NCBI RefSeq assembly: GCF_009914755.1
Contig: NC_060940.1
Length of the DNA: 64,000 nucleotides
Strand: one strand, 5' to 3'
From: the human T2T-CHM13v2.0 reference genome, Homo sapiens
This document shows, in pieces, positions 1 through 15,769 of this stretch (its first letter is position 1; every line of letters begins with the position of its first letter). The translations under genes were made by a program, and so were the position numbers. Under the pieces are notes generated by a model that saw nothing but the letters and a program-made list of their open reading frames with translations, was not told the origin of the DNA and ran no database searches.

Positions 1-452
1 GAGTAGCTCTGGTTCAAACGCCTGTGACACCAACATTCAAGGGCCCCACACTAGTTTTCTGCATGTTCCCCAGATTGGGGAGATTTGAGAAAAATCAAGA
101 GGCAAAGGTTATAATGAGAAAGCTGACATTGCCTGGAGCAATACTGACACAAATTAAGATAAAAAATTGACAAAAGAGTCTGAGTCCGTTGGCTCAACTC
201 CCTGCTGGGAACCCAAGTCCTTTTTCACCAGAAAAGGTAAAATAATTTGGGGGTGGAGAAGAAAAGTCCCTGGTACCAGAACATAAGAATGTGAAGATTT
301 ACAGGATTATGAAATTTGAGATGTTTAAACAGGCTTTATGTAATATAGTTGCAACTCCCTTATCTAAATGTCTTATGAAAATGGGTATCGTATCTGACTG
401 GGGGATGTTTCTCCTACCTAGTACTATAAAACTGAAGGCATGTAAATCTACC

Positions 453-817
453 TGTATTAGTCTGTTTTTACACTACTAATAATGACATACATAAGACTGG
501 GTAATTTATAAAGGAAAGAGGTTTAATGGACTCACAGTTCCACATGGCTCAGGAGGACTCACAATCATGGCGGAAGGTGAAGGAGGAGCAAAATCATGTC
601 TTACATGGCAGCAGGCAAAGAGAGCGTGTGCAAGGGAACTCCACTTTATAAAACCATCAGATCTCATGAGACTTATTCACTATCAGGAGAACAGCACAGG
701 AAAGACCCACCCCTGTGATTCAATTACCTCCCATGATATCCCTCCCACGACACGTAGGAATTATGGGGGCTACAATTCAAGATGAGATTTGGGTGGGGAC
801 ACAGCCAAACCATATCA
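453..817 (-). mobile_element. THE1 (THE1C-like) MaLR solo LTR
   Basis: Reverse complement starts TGATATGGTTTGGCTGTGTCCCCACCC; TG..CA ends; 5-bp TSD CTACC/CTGCC. Confidence 0.92.
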
Positions 818-2618
818 CTGCCCTTGGAGAAATGTTCATTGGACGTGCTAAATGGGAACTAGTAAGATTGCCTGAGCCCACAGAATATTGGGTAAAAGCT
901 GGAGTACTGGTTGGGACAAATCCTCCACTGGTGGCTCTTTGTGGAGTGTTCACTGGGGCTTATGGCAAAAGCTGTGAGCACCTCCCAATGACAACTACTG
1001 AGACTCGAGTAGAGAATTTCCACTTGAGGTACATTTACTGCCTTGATATGGGATGTTAACTGAAACTTCCCGTATGCTAATGGAAATAATGGTGCCCAAA
1101 ATAATTCCATGATAAAAAAATGGTTTATATAGCATCTTGCTACCTGGGGATGCAAAGTGGAGGTATTCATGAGCAGGGAGCCTCTTTTTCCCCTAGGACT
1201 GATCTAACCATGTAAGCAGCTGGTAGATTTTACAGTGCCTGATAAACAGCTCTCATCTGACAAGAGCTGCTTGACTTGTGAATGGCAGTTCCAAGGTGAA
1301 CAAACAACATCTTGTTTGGAAGCCTGCTGCTCTGGTTAAAGACGAGTCAAGGAAATCTTTTTCTTTTGAGTTATTTATAGTTTAGAGCAATTGGGTAAAG
1401 AATATTTTTGTGAGCAAATTTACCTTTCTCTCTACCTGAGTTCTCCAAAATTTGGAAACTGTTCATGAGTATTCTGATTTTATATCAATATCGTTATTTG
1501 CATAAGTTTAGTAAGAGTCTTTTTCCTTTTAAAACAAAACAATTGGAGACATTGGTTATTCTACCAGCGCTTTGCCTAGAATAACATATTTTTAGTTAAA
1601 GTTCCAGCAAAGCCAACCTTAAAAGAGCCTATATGGCCAATCAATCATTGCTGCATTTTATGTAAATAATCAGGCCAAGTATAATAAGCCTACAACTTAT
1701 TTTGCACAAAGTTGGTCTTACTATAGTTTCTCTTTAGTAGAAAAGGAGGGCTAGAGAAAGATAAATTGTTTCAAAGAAAAATTATAACACCTGATACTAG
1801 ATTCCAGCCCTGACATTTGTTTTTGAGTGAAGATTGAATCATGAATTACTTCTTGGCTACAGTAATCCTTTGGAGAGTATCAGGATATCATTTTCTAAAT
1901 GTTTTTAGTTGGCACCCTAATGAAATAGGTTCCTTTTTTTCTGATCTGACACATGGATTCTCTTTTGATTATCAAATTATTAATGTTATTTATCTCTCAT
2001 AGTTGTACTTCTTCCCAAAAAACCAGAATCATGGGATTCTGAAGACTAGAGATGATTGGACAAAGTCTGCGAATCTCCCTTATTTGGAATCCCCCTGGGG
2101 CCCATTTGTGTCTTACTGTAAATGCCCTACTGCTAAAACTCAACCAGCACCCCACCTCTAGCCCCAGGGACTATCGTGGAAGAGGTGTTCCACCAAAACA
2201 GGGAATGGGGTCCAATTCAATGCCTGGTCCTCCAAAATCATGAGATTGCAAGGGCTAGTTTTGAGGGATAGAGTTAGTTCAGACCCTCCAAATCAAGGAT
2301 GGGTACACAGATGCCTAAACAGCAGGTAAAATAAGGGATTCTGCCTCCTGGGTTACTGGATTCATGGCACCTTTTCATTCATCCCAACCATAAACAATTT
2401 CCTGCTTCCTGTAGAATTAAAAGAAAATTATTACTAAAAGGATATAAAGATACCTTATGACAACACCTCCTGAGTATAATACACCCAGTTATGAGTTTAT
2501 GCAGATAGATATAAGTTTAAAAAAATTTTTACATCAGCCACCTTAGGACAAATTACTAAAAGATCACAAAAAAGCATTGCAGCACAACAAAAGTCTCTAA
2601 ATGCCTTAGCTTAGAAGG

Positions 2619-2930
2619 TTTTTTGTTTTGTTTTTTTTTTTTTTTTTGAGACGGAGTCTTACTCTGTCACCCAAGCTGGAGTGCACTGGTAACGATCTCA
2701 GCTCACCGCAAGCTCCACCTCCCAGGTTCACGCCATTCTCCTGTCTCAGCCTCCCGAGTTAGCTCGGACTACAGGTGCCTGCCACCACGCCTGGCTAATT
2801 TTTTGTATATTTGGTAGAGACGGGGTTTCACCGTGTTAGCCAGGATGGTCTCGATCTCCTGACCTTGTGATCCACCCGCCTCAGCCTCCCGAAGTGCTGG
2901 GATTACAGGCGTGAGCCACTGTGCCTGGCC
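2619..2930 (-). mobile_element. AluY
   Basis: Y-type diagnostics (gcaagctcc, ttcacgccattc, ttagccaggatggtctcgatc); TSD agcttagaagg/agcttaaaaga. Confidence 0.93.
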
Positions 2931-3132
2931 AGCTTAAAAGATTTTAACAATGCTTATGTTTTGTATAGCTAATTGTTTAACTAAAACCAAGATTACAGAA
3001 GCTTTAAGTCTGTAATTAAAACCAAGATTACAGTAGCTCAATGCATAGAAGTTAAAGATAAGTGAATTTTATAACCCTGCCTTTGGCATTTTGTTTGTTG
3101 GCTTTTATATTACTTTAAAAAATGTGAGGGTT

Positions 3133-3428
3133 GGCTGGGCGCGGTGACTCACGCCTATAATCCCAGCACTTTGGGAGGCCGAGGCAGGCGTATCACGAGG
3201 TCAGGAGATCCAGACCATCCTGGCTAACAAGGTGAAACCCCGTCTCTACTAAAAATACAAAAAATTAGCCGGGCGTGGTGGTGGATACCTGTAGTCCCAG
3301 CTACTCGGGAGGCTGAGGCAGGAGAATGCGTGAACCCAGGGGGCGGAGCTTGCGGTGAGCCGAGATGGCGCCACTGCACTCCAGCTTGGGCGCAGAGAGA
3401 GACTCCATCTCAAAAAAAAAAAAAAAAA
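3133..3428 (+). mobile_element. AluY
   Basis: Full dimer, poly(A), TSD gtgagggtt on both sides. Confidence 0.95.
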
Positions 3429-3655
3429 GTGAGGGTTAATGAATGCCAGTCCATGTCCATTCTTGTCTGGCCTAGAACATTTAAATTGGCTGTTAAGTCT
3501 TTTGACTTGAAGTCCCTTGGCCATAGGGATCCCACCAAAGGACAAGATGGACCTGGGGCAGGCAGCCATGTCACCCCGGCTACACTGTGGGACAAAATAA
3601 AAGTTTCATGACCATTGATGTTGCCTCTGGCAAATTTTGGCCAGGAGCGGGATAA

Positions 3656-4582
3656 TGTAAACCAAAAATAAAATTCTAAGCCCCCTAACCATCTGAATGG
3701 ACCCCTCCTTTCAGCTAAGGACACTCCAAAGTTAATCTGAAAAACTAGCTTAGGCCATGATGGGAAGCGGGGGTCAGACAGGCCAACAGGCTTCCTTATA
3801 CCCTCCTCCCTTCTGGAATTCAGGCCCAGCTGACCAGCATTAATATCAACACAGACCTTAAGACTGACAGAACAGACTCTTTAAGTCTGATAAGAAACAC
3901 AATCTATTCTCTATGAAGCCTACTACCTGGAGGCTTTATCTGCATGACATTATAAAACCTTGATCTCTACAATCCCTTACTATAACCCAGACATTCCTTT
4001 CTATTGATTCCAGGTCTGTAAATAGTAAATTTTTTTTTTTTTTTAGACTTAGTCTCACTCTGTCACCCAGGCTGGAGTGCAGTGGTGAGATCTCAGCTCA
4101 CTGCAGCCTCTGCCTCCTGGATTCAAACGATTCTCCTGCCTCGGCCTCCTGAGTAGCTGGGATTACAGGCATGCACCACCATGCCCAGCTAATTTTTGTA
4201 TTTTCAGTAGAGATGGGATTTCACCCTGTTTGGCCAGGTTGACCTTGAACTCCTGGCCTCAAGTGGTCCACCCACCTCAGCCTCCCAAAATGCTGGGATT
4301 ACAGGCGTGAGCCACCGTGCCTGGTCCTAGATAGTAAGTCTTTCGACTGATTGCCAATTTGAAAATCTTTGAATCCACCTATGACCTGGAAACCCCCAGT
4401 TGTCCTGCCTTTCTGGACCAAACCAATATACATCTTATGTGTATTAATTGATGTCTTATATCTCACTAAAATGTGTAAAACCAAGCCTGACCACCTTGGA
4501 CACATGTTCTCAGGGTCACTCATATTTGGCTCAGAATAAATCTCATCAAATATTCTACAGACTTTGACTCTTTTTGTCAACA
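3656..4582 (+). mobile_element. MER4 (MER4B/D-like) 3' LTR, split by an Alu
   Basis: Starts TGTAAACCAAAAATAAAATTCTAAGCCCC, ends TTTGTCAACA; AATAAA at ~4535. Confidence 0.88.
4030..4326 (-). mobile_element. AluS
   Basis: Full dimer; TSD taaatagtaa/tagatagtaa. Confidence 0.93.
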
Positions 4583-5790
4583 AGGATTTTCTTTGTGTTC
4601 CACAAGCTAACCTATTACACCAAAGAAACATCTTTGCTAGAGCCTGCTGAGTGAATGCTACAATGAGTTTTCCTGGGAGGAACTTTTCCTTGACATAAAT
4701 CAATTTGCCATTCTATATCCCAATGTCAATGATGAAAGCCCTGGAGGAAGTGGAAAACGTGTCTAAATATGTTCTATTTGGGCTCTGAGGATTCCCTACA
4801 GTAAGAATCTGATCTAGCCACAAACCCCATTTCTGCTCTCTGGGTCTGGCCATTGCCCAGTTCCTCCTGGGACCCCCTTGCTGCCTGGGGACACTTGGAG
4901 TTTCCATGAGTTCCAGGCACATATCCAGCCACAGGCCGATGCGCTACAAAGGACAAAAACTGCCATTTTTCCAAGGATCCCCTTGCAAATTAAGTTGGTG
5001 TATTTGAAGTCTGCTTTTTCTACTAACAATGGCTGGGCTCAAGGCCACCCTTCCCTGTAGGAAAAAACTCCGCATAGAGAGGACTCTTCTGCCAAAACAT
5101 AGAATGGGGTGCAATTCAATGCCTGGACCTCCAAAAGGCGATCTATTGTTGAAGAGAAAAGCAAGCTACAAAACAGGAAATAGAGTGTGAGCTCATTTCT
5201 GGTTTTTAAAAAACTACATTATAAAAAGATATACACAGAAAATGTCTGTCAGGCTACAGCCTCCCCTCTGAGGGGTGGGTTAAGAATGCAGGGATGGTGG
5301 GGAGGAGATAGAGATCTTTTACTTTTGACTCCATTTAATTTTGTGCTTTCTTTCATAGGCATGTGTTACTTTTATACAATAAGGAACATTTGCGGAAGGC
5401 AGGCTGTAGTGCTTCTGGCCTTTCTGTGGAGCTCAGAGGAGTGCAGTTAATTTTAAGAACATTGTATTACAAATAATTAGTAACAAACATTATTGTGTTT
5501 CAAACAATATATGATATCTTTAACATTTATCAGCCAATAAGCACTTACTGAATAAAAGTTAGAAGGAGGTCTTTTTTTTAGAACCAAGTGTGATGTGTCT
5601 AAGCTAACTAAATAACGAAGGGCTCCATGTGTCCCTCGCTGTAAAATAAAGCAACGTTAAGAGACCGGAGACCCATCTGTCAGACTGGCTGTTAAAATAT
5701 TCTGCCTCATTGCAGAAATAGACATCCTGGATTACCCGTATCATCTTACTGAGATAGACAGGAGGAACAGGAAATTCCAGGCAACAAATA

Positions 5791-6534
<744 letters not shown>

Positions 6535-7012
6535 ACAGTTGCAAGAGATGGGGGAAAGGCAGGAAGAGTGTCCCAGTTCTCTCAGCACGGTGCTTGAGTT
6601 TCTTCCCAGTGCAGTTTTCTTCCCCAGCCTCCTTGTCTGCCACCCCGCCTCTGTCCTCACCCTCATGGCATCCTGTGGGTCCTGCCCCTCACTGGTCTCC
6701 CTGCCTCCTCCAATCCACCCTCCACCTTGCTGCCAGACATCTGGCTCCAGGCAGCTTTGCCTGGGTCTCCCCTCCCTGCCTGCTGGCAAGAGGCCCCCTA
6801 GGCCTGGTCACCAGCTCCTGCCAACCCGTCTAGCGCCATCCCAGTCCCTCTGGACCTCAGCCACTCACCACACCGCATTTTACAATGTCAGCAAGACCCC
6901 AGACATGGGCCCACGTGCCTTGCTCCCGGAAGCTCTTCTACCCTGTCTCCACCCTTGTACCCGCCTCTCTGGTGAATTCTCTGGGTGTGTTTTTAAAAAA
7001 ATCTAGTCCTCA

Positions 7013-7309
<297 letters not shown>

Positions 7310-7384
7310 TCTAGTCCTCAAGACATGAATTCCACCTTCACCACTTAAAAACAGCTACCATTAATAATCAATATGCAAAACATC

Positions 7385-7522
7385 TAATTATATTATTATT
7401 TAATTTTCACAATGAACAATTATTGCCATTTTACAGATGAGGAAACTGAGGCTCAGAAAAGTTAAGACCCGGGCTTTGAAGCCAGGTCTCTGCCACCCCA
7501 AGTCCTGGGCTTTTATCCACTG
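7385..7522 (-). mobile_element. MIR
   Basis: Core ttttacagatgaggaaactgaggctcaga. Confidence 0.8.
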
Positions 7523-7769
7523 AATCCCATCAGTGTGATGGGATAGCTTGTGGCTCAGTGGATAAAATTGGTTCTATCCTCTGCACTGGAACAGGAGGTT
7601 CCCGAACGGAGGGGCTGTGTGTTTTATTTGCCTTTATATTCCCAAGGTCAAGCACCAGACCTGGCCCAAAAGCACAAGGATGGAGGGAGAGAGGAAAAGC
7701 AAGAGGAGGGGCGTCTTTTTCACATTTAGGGGAGGTGTCACTGGGAACTGGCACTCTTGGGCATTCTCT

Positions 7770-8120
7770 TTTTCATTCACCCAATGTTTATTGAACAACT
7801 ACTAGGGGCCGGACATGGCTCTAGACAGGTGCACCAAACAAAGTCCTTCCTGAGGGAGCTCATCTTCTAAAGTGCTGGGAAGAAAAATAAAGCCAGACTA
7901 GGGATGGTGTGTGTGTGCTGTTTTGGAGAGGGTGTTCAGGGGAGGAGGTTGCTAGGTGGAGAGTAGCTTGGAATGGACTACAGTGGTGGAGTGGGGACTT
8001 CAGTCTGAAAGCTCTGCAGCAATCCGAGGAGATGGTGGAGGCTCAAGCCGGGGGGTAAAAGTGGGTTTTAGTGAGAAGCGGTCAGATTCAAGATCTATTT
8101 TGAAAGTAAAACAGACAGGC
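7770..8120 (-). mobile_element. L2 3' fragment
   Basis: ttcattcacccaatgtttattgaacaactacta; gatctattttgaaagtaaaac. Confidence 0.65.
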
Positions 8121-8653
8121 CAGGAATCCAAAGCTGAACTTGGCCTATTTTTTCACCACAGTACACCTCATGGAGAGAGGAAAAGCTAGTCCCACTTAAA
8201 AATGTCTGTGATGAAACCATTAAGATTATTAATTCTATGACATCTTGACTTTGGAGTACACGATTTTTTAATATTCTGTGTGATGATATGGGAAGCCCTT
8301 CTGCAAACCAGAGGACAATATTACCTCCAGGCAGCATACTCTGTGCCTGAGCTGCCAGCCTCCCAGCCCCCTTGGTGATGGAACTTCATTTTTACTTAGA
8401 AGAATGACTGACAGACAAGCCATGGTTACTCAGACTTGGGTATTTGGTCGACATTTTCTTGAAAATAAAAGGAATGAAGCGTCACTTCAAGGAGAACAAC
8501 TGAAATATTTGTTGGCAATGATAAAAGTTGCGCTTTCAAATGAAAATTAGCATTTGGGAAACTTGTATCCACCACTGTAAGTGTGGGCACTTTCCAATAC
8601 TTTACATACTTTTCTGATGAGATTGGTGGTGACATTACCAAACATGAGTTTTA

Positions 8654-9091
<438 letters not shown>

Positions 9092-9176
9092 TTAATATAA
9101 GAGAATATGAAAAAGTCATTGATGTGGCTTCAGAGTCCACATGCAGCTAACCTATAAGATAAAGCATCAATTGTCA

Positions 9177-9497
<321 letters not shown>

Positions 9498-9600
9498 GTT
9501 TGGGTATACTCAAGGCTATCTACAATGATCTAAAAAGGCCATTAAAATATCTGAACTTTTCCAACTACACCTATCTGTATGAGGCCAAACTTTCTTCATA

Positions 9601-9957
9601 TATACATCAGCCTGATAGGGCTGCCCTAACAAAATACCACAGACCAGGTAGCTTAAAGAGCAGAAATTTATTTTCTCACAATTCTAGAGGGTGAAAGTCC
9701 AAGATCGGGGTATCCCAAGGGCTGGTTTCTCCTGAGACCTCCCTTGTTGGCTTCTGATGTCTGCACGCTTCTGGTGTCTCTATGTGGTCTTCACTCTATG
9801 CCAGGGTCCAAACATCCACCTCTGATAAGGACACCAGTCATAGTAGATTAGGGTCCATCCTAATATTTTCATTTTCAACTTAATTATACCTGTAAAGACC
9901 TAATGTCCAAATACAGTCACATTCTGAGGTAGTGGGGACATAATGCAGACTGTAACA
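9601..9957 (-). mobile_element. MLT1 (MLT1B-like) MaLR LTR
   Basis: taacaaaataccacagac; aaatacagtcacattctgagg; ends taaca. Confidence 0.82.
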
Positions 9958-10202
9958 ATATACTTCAACTAAATAATAACATATTACAAGAGGTTAAATG
10001 TAGAGGCCGATATAAGAATTCAGTTGTCTTCTATTAAGCCAGATATTTAGAATATTGATAAAAATGTAAAGTAATGCTACACTTTGCGAAAATTTATTTG
10101 CCCAAAATATATTTTCCACAAAAAAAAGTTGTGTTAATATGTAGTTGGTTTATTATTTTTAGAAGAATTAATAAATAATGGTTTTTAAACTTTCTCAGTT
10201 TA

Positions 10203-10464
10203 TTTTTTCCTTGAGATAGAGTCTTGCACTGTAGCCCAGGCTGGAGTGCAGTGGCTCACAGCAGCCTCCGCCTCCCAGGCTCAAGCGATCTTTTCACCTC
10301 AGCTTCCCAAGTAACTGGGGCTACAGCTCCACAACTCCACACCCAGCTATTTTTTTTTTTTTTTGGTATATTTTGGAGAGATAGGGTCTCACTATGTTGC
10401 CCAGGCTAGCCTCGAACTCCAGTGATCTGTCTGGGATTACAAGTATGAGCCACTGTGCCCAGCC
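10203..10464 (-). mobile_element. AluJ, degraded
   Basis: J-type gggtctcactatgttgcccagg; internal deletions. Confidence 0.85.
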
Positions 10465-10465
10465 C

Positions 10466-10637
10466 TTTTTTTTTTTTTCTTAAGACACAGGGTCTCACTC
10501 TGTCCCCACCGAGCTACAGCACAGTTGTATAATCATAGGTCATTGCAGCCTCCACCACTGGGCTCAAGCAATCCTCCTGCCTATGCCTCCTCCTCCCAAT
10601 GAGTTGGGACTACAGTTGTGAGCCTCCATATCTGGCC
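10466..10637 (-). mobile_element. Alu right monomer (FRAM/AluJ-like)
   Basis: gggctcaagcaatcctcc, T-rich tail. Confidence 0.75.
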
Positions 10638-11110
10638 TCAGTTTTAATTTCTAATAGGTATTTTTTTTTGGTAGATATAATCTGTATAAATAAAAGCTCT
10701 TTGGAGTTCTCAATAATTTGTATAGAGTAAAGGGGTCCTGAGACCAAGAAGAATCACTGGTTTACAGTGATGATAATTTGTGTTTAGATCTTTTATCCAA
10801 ATATCCCACTAGGAGACTGACCTCAGGGCATTTGCACTTGCTCTTTGAATATCTTATTTGTCATGCCCTGTATTGTGATAAAGATGTATCTGAGGGGCCC
10901 TTATCCATCACCTTCCTTTCTTGACAGTAATTGTTGTTTTCTCAAAGACATACAGCTTCAACCCCTTTCATCTACTCTGAATACTGTCCTGAATCATCTC
11001 CTATACAGAAAATCTGGAGTGTCATCGTTCAGGTCTTAATTGAAATGTCACTTCCTGGGAGAGGCCGCCTAAAACCCATAACCCATGCCATAGATCAGAA
11101 ATAAGTTCTT

Positions 11111-11583
<473 letters not shown>

Positions 11584-12742
11584 TCATAGCACCTACCAGG
11601 GGTATTGTAGAGTTGCTTCTGAGAGTATTAGTTCAGCCTCCCCCATTCAAAGTAGATCTATAAAGCTAGTGTCCTTGTCTCTCTTGTTCATTGCAATGTC
11701 CTCAGTTTCTAGGACATTTGTTCAAAGAATGAATGAATGAAGACGTGCATTCAACTGCCTGTGGACTAGCAGAAACTACTGGTGGAGTCAGGGGCTCTGC
11801 AGCAGTGCACACAGGCATGCAGTGTGGGAGCGTGGCTGGTGCATCGCCTGACTTCTAAGAATGCTTAATGTTTCAAACCACAGCAAACTTCTTTATAGAA
11901 CCTGTTTTCCAGAGCACGTATATAACAAGATAGTGCTGTGTTGAGGAAGAAATGGGGGGCACCTAGGATCACCAAAATCTTCACTCCACCCCCAACCTCC
12001 TACCCCCACTTTTTTGCCCCTGACAGATGAGCCCATTGGAAATAAGCCAGTAAGTCTTCCTGGGACCTCCTTCAGCTCCGTCTTCTCCAGGGAAAAAGCA
12101 GGATGCAAATACAGTTTTTGGCCTTGTGTGAATTTGGAAAATGTGCAATTTAGAGAGGCCCCATGTGCATTTCATGGCAGATCCAGAAAATAAGGTTTAA
12201 TGATGAGAAAAGAAGGAAATGATTGTCAAAATATGACTTCATAAGGTACAGCCCCAGGGGGCCTACTTTGGCAGTAAAGATAATTAAGCTTAGATTTCTA
12301 AAGGTCAATTTTAACCAGCTCGTGAGGTAAATGGCAACAGTAACATCATCCTAGCCCTCCGTATCTATGGCAACTGAATTTCTCAGCTGTAATTAAACAT
12401 AAAGCTACAACTACTGCATTGGTCCCAGCATCAGCTGCAAATAAATATACGAGAACAAAGTAGGCAAACTTGATGCTCCCTTTTGGAATATTCTGGCCAT
12501 TTACTGGGAAAACAAGCAACAGAAGCTGCTGTTAAACCTGCTGCTAATGAGGCCAGGTTGCTGGCCCACCAACCTGCCTCTGGGACCTTGTGTAAGAGGA
12601 AGACTGATCACAAATCAATTGCTTGTCATTCATATATTGGTTGTAAGCTGGAGAGCAAAGGTAGCAAAAAAAGGTGATTATTTGGATATTTGAATTATCT
12701 TTTTAAAAGTATTTTTTTCTAATCTCAAAAATGATTAAAAAT

Positions 12743-13038
12743 GACCAGGCACAGTGGCTCACACCTGTAATCCCAATACTTTGGGAGGCCAAGGCAGGCA
12801 GATCACTTGAGGTCAGGAATTTGAGACCAGCCTGGCCAACATGATGAAACCCCGTCTCTACTAAAAAATACAAAAATTAGCCAGAAGCAGTGGCATATGC
12901 CTGTAATCCCAGCTACCTGGGCGGCTAAGGCAGGAGAACCACTTGAACCCGGACACGGAGGTTGCAGTAAGCTGAGATCACACCACTGCACTCCGGCCTG
13001 GGTGACAGAGTGAGACTCCATCTCAAAAAAAAAAAAAA
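12743..13038 (+). mobile_element. AluS
   Basis: Full dimer with poly(A). Confidence 0.93.
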
Positions 13039-13724
13039 TTTTAAAAAGAAACCAACACATATTTATTGTAGAAAATTTCTAAAATTCAGACAAATGTCAA
13101 GAGGAAAAGAAAAAGTACCTGAAGTCCCAATTAGGTTATTTGTTTCCTGTCTTTTTTCTGTACGTGTATTTCAAACAACTAGGATTAAGCATATAGTTTT
13201 GCGTCCTGTGCTTTTTTCCCATTAATAGTATGTTATGATCTTTTTTTCCATATTATTGTTCTTCAAAAGTACAGCTTTTAACAATGGCAGAAAATTTTAC
13301 CATATAAATCTCCTATAAGTTATCTTTGTACTTTATCTCTTTTACTCTGCATTGTGGGATTAGTCATTTTTACAGCCCGTCAGCATGTCCTACATAGGCA
13401 ATCTAGCTCCCCAATTTAGGAGGTAGAGTTCTTGGCATCTGTTGCACTGATCTCACTCCACTTCGGAGTCTCAGCTGAAGCCAAAACAAGAGTCCCATTT
13501 TAGCATCCTGTTCCATATGTAAAATTGGAGGGAATAACTAAGACAAATTAATAAAAATACAACAGTGGTGGTAGACTTTCACCCACTTGTTTCAGTCTTT
13601 GTTGGACTAAATAGAGAAAAGAAAGTAAGGATATTACAGAGGAGGAGAATATAATGACTAAATGTTCTGAACTGTATCCTTTGAAAAGAGTAGACTTCTT
13701 TTCAATTAAATGGAAAAAGGTATA

Positions 13725-14312
13725 ATGATGTCCACTGATGAATGGGTAAACAAAATGTGGTATATACATACAATGGAGGCCAGAGTGGTGGTTCACACCT
13801 GTAATCCCAGCACTTTGGGAGGCCGAGGCGGGTGGATCACCTGAGCCTGGGAGGCAGAGGTTGCAGTGTGCCGAGCAACCTGGGTGCACTCCAGCCTGGG
13901 TGACAGAGCAAGATCCTCTCTCTAAATAAATAAATAATACACACAATGGAATATTATTCTGCCTTTAAAATAAAGAAATCCTGTTATGTGACAACATGGA
14001 TGAACCTGGAGAACAGGATGCCAAGAGAAATAAGCGAATCACAGAAGGACAAATACATGATTCTACTTATATGGTGTCAAACTCATAGAAAGAAAGAATA
14101 AAATGGTGGTTGCTAGAGGCTGGAGGGAGGAGGGAATGGGGAGTTGCTAGTCAGTGGATATAAAATTTCAGTTATTCAAGAGGAAAAAGTTCTAGAGATC
14201 CTCTGTATAACAATGTAGCTATAAATAACAGTATTGTGTTGTACACTTTAAAATCTATTAAGAGGGTAGCTCTCATGTTAAGTGTTCTTGACACAATGAG
14301 ATAAAATAAAAA
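13725..14312 (+). mobile_element. L1MA/MB 3' end, split by an Alu monomer
   Basis: aaaatgtggtatatacatacaatgga; gagggtagctctcatgttaagtgttctt; A-rich end. Confidence 0.85.
13778..13936 (+). mobile_element. Internally deleted Alu (left/right arm hybrid monomer)
   Basis: Left arm joins right arm at ggatcacctgag|cctgggaggc; TSD atacatacaatgga/atacacacaatgga. Confidence 0.85.
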
Positions 14313-14861
14313 GGAAAGCCCATTGTATATAAGAAATTGGAAATTGTACCGTCATATTCCTGATCATAATGCAAGAACGCAGGAAATAAGTTAAAAGTAG
14401 AAGCATTGGATGTCTTTTGTAGTTGGCAACAAATAAAATAAAATAAAAAGTAGATGCAGAAAGACGTTTGAGAATGTCAAGCCTTTCTATGGAACTGCTC
14501 TAGAGCAAAAATACATTTATAAGATATTTGGGAAATAATGCTAATAAAAACACTCCATATAAAAACTCATGGATAACACTAGAGCTGTACTCAGAGGAAA
14601 ATGCCTACTCTTAAAACACTCTGGAAGTAAGAAAAATAAAATACAGCAGTCAGTTAAGTCTGCCCAAGAAGTAGGGATGAGGAACTTTGTTTTCCCTTTG
14701 AGAGCTGCCTGAGGTGAGGTGCTCATTTTGTTAAACTTCCCAGAGTGAAACACTTTAGCAAAACAATAAATATCACAACTCAAAGGCTTATTTGGAGCTC
14801 AACAAGTTAGACATAAGGTGTTTTGTTGGTTTTGTTAAAAAGCAGATATACTGAGATATAA

Positions 14862-15272
<411 letters not shown>

Positions 15273-15310
15273 AGAACATTTTTATTACCACTGAAAAAAC
15301 TCCATCCCTT

Positions 15311-15653
<343 letters not shown>

Positions 15654-15769
15654 TCATTAACAGCCATTCCCCATTTCTCCCCATCCCCACCCCGCCGGCA
15701 ACCACTAATCTGCTTTCTGCATCTGTGGATTTGCCTATTCTGGAAATTTTATATAAATGGAATCCTGTG

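Larger units (their letters stand above)
1..3655 (+). mobile_element. MER4-group ERV internal sequence (5' part ERVL-like pro/pol relic), interrupted by THE1 LTR and two AluY
   Basis: MER4-int-like text from ~1345; purine-rich tract directly before the LTR at 3656; degenerate pol motifs at 1017-1300. Confidence 0.8.
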
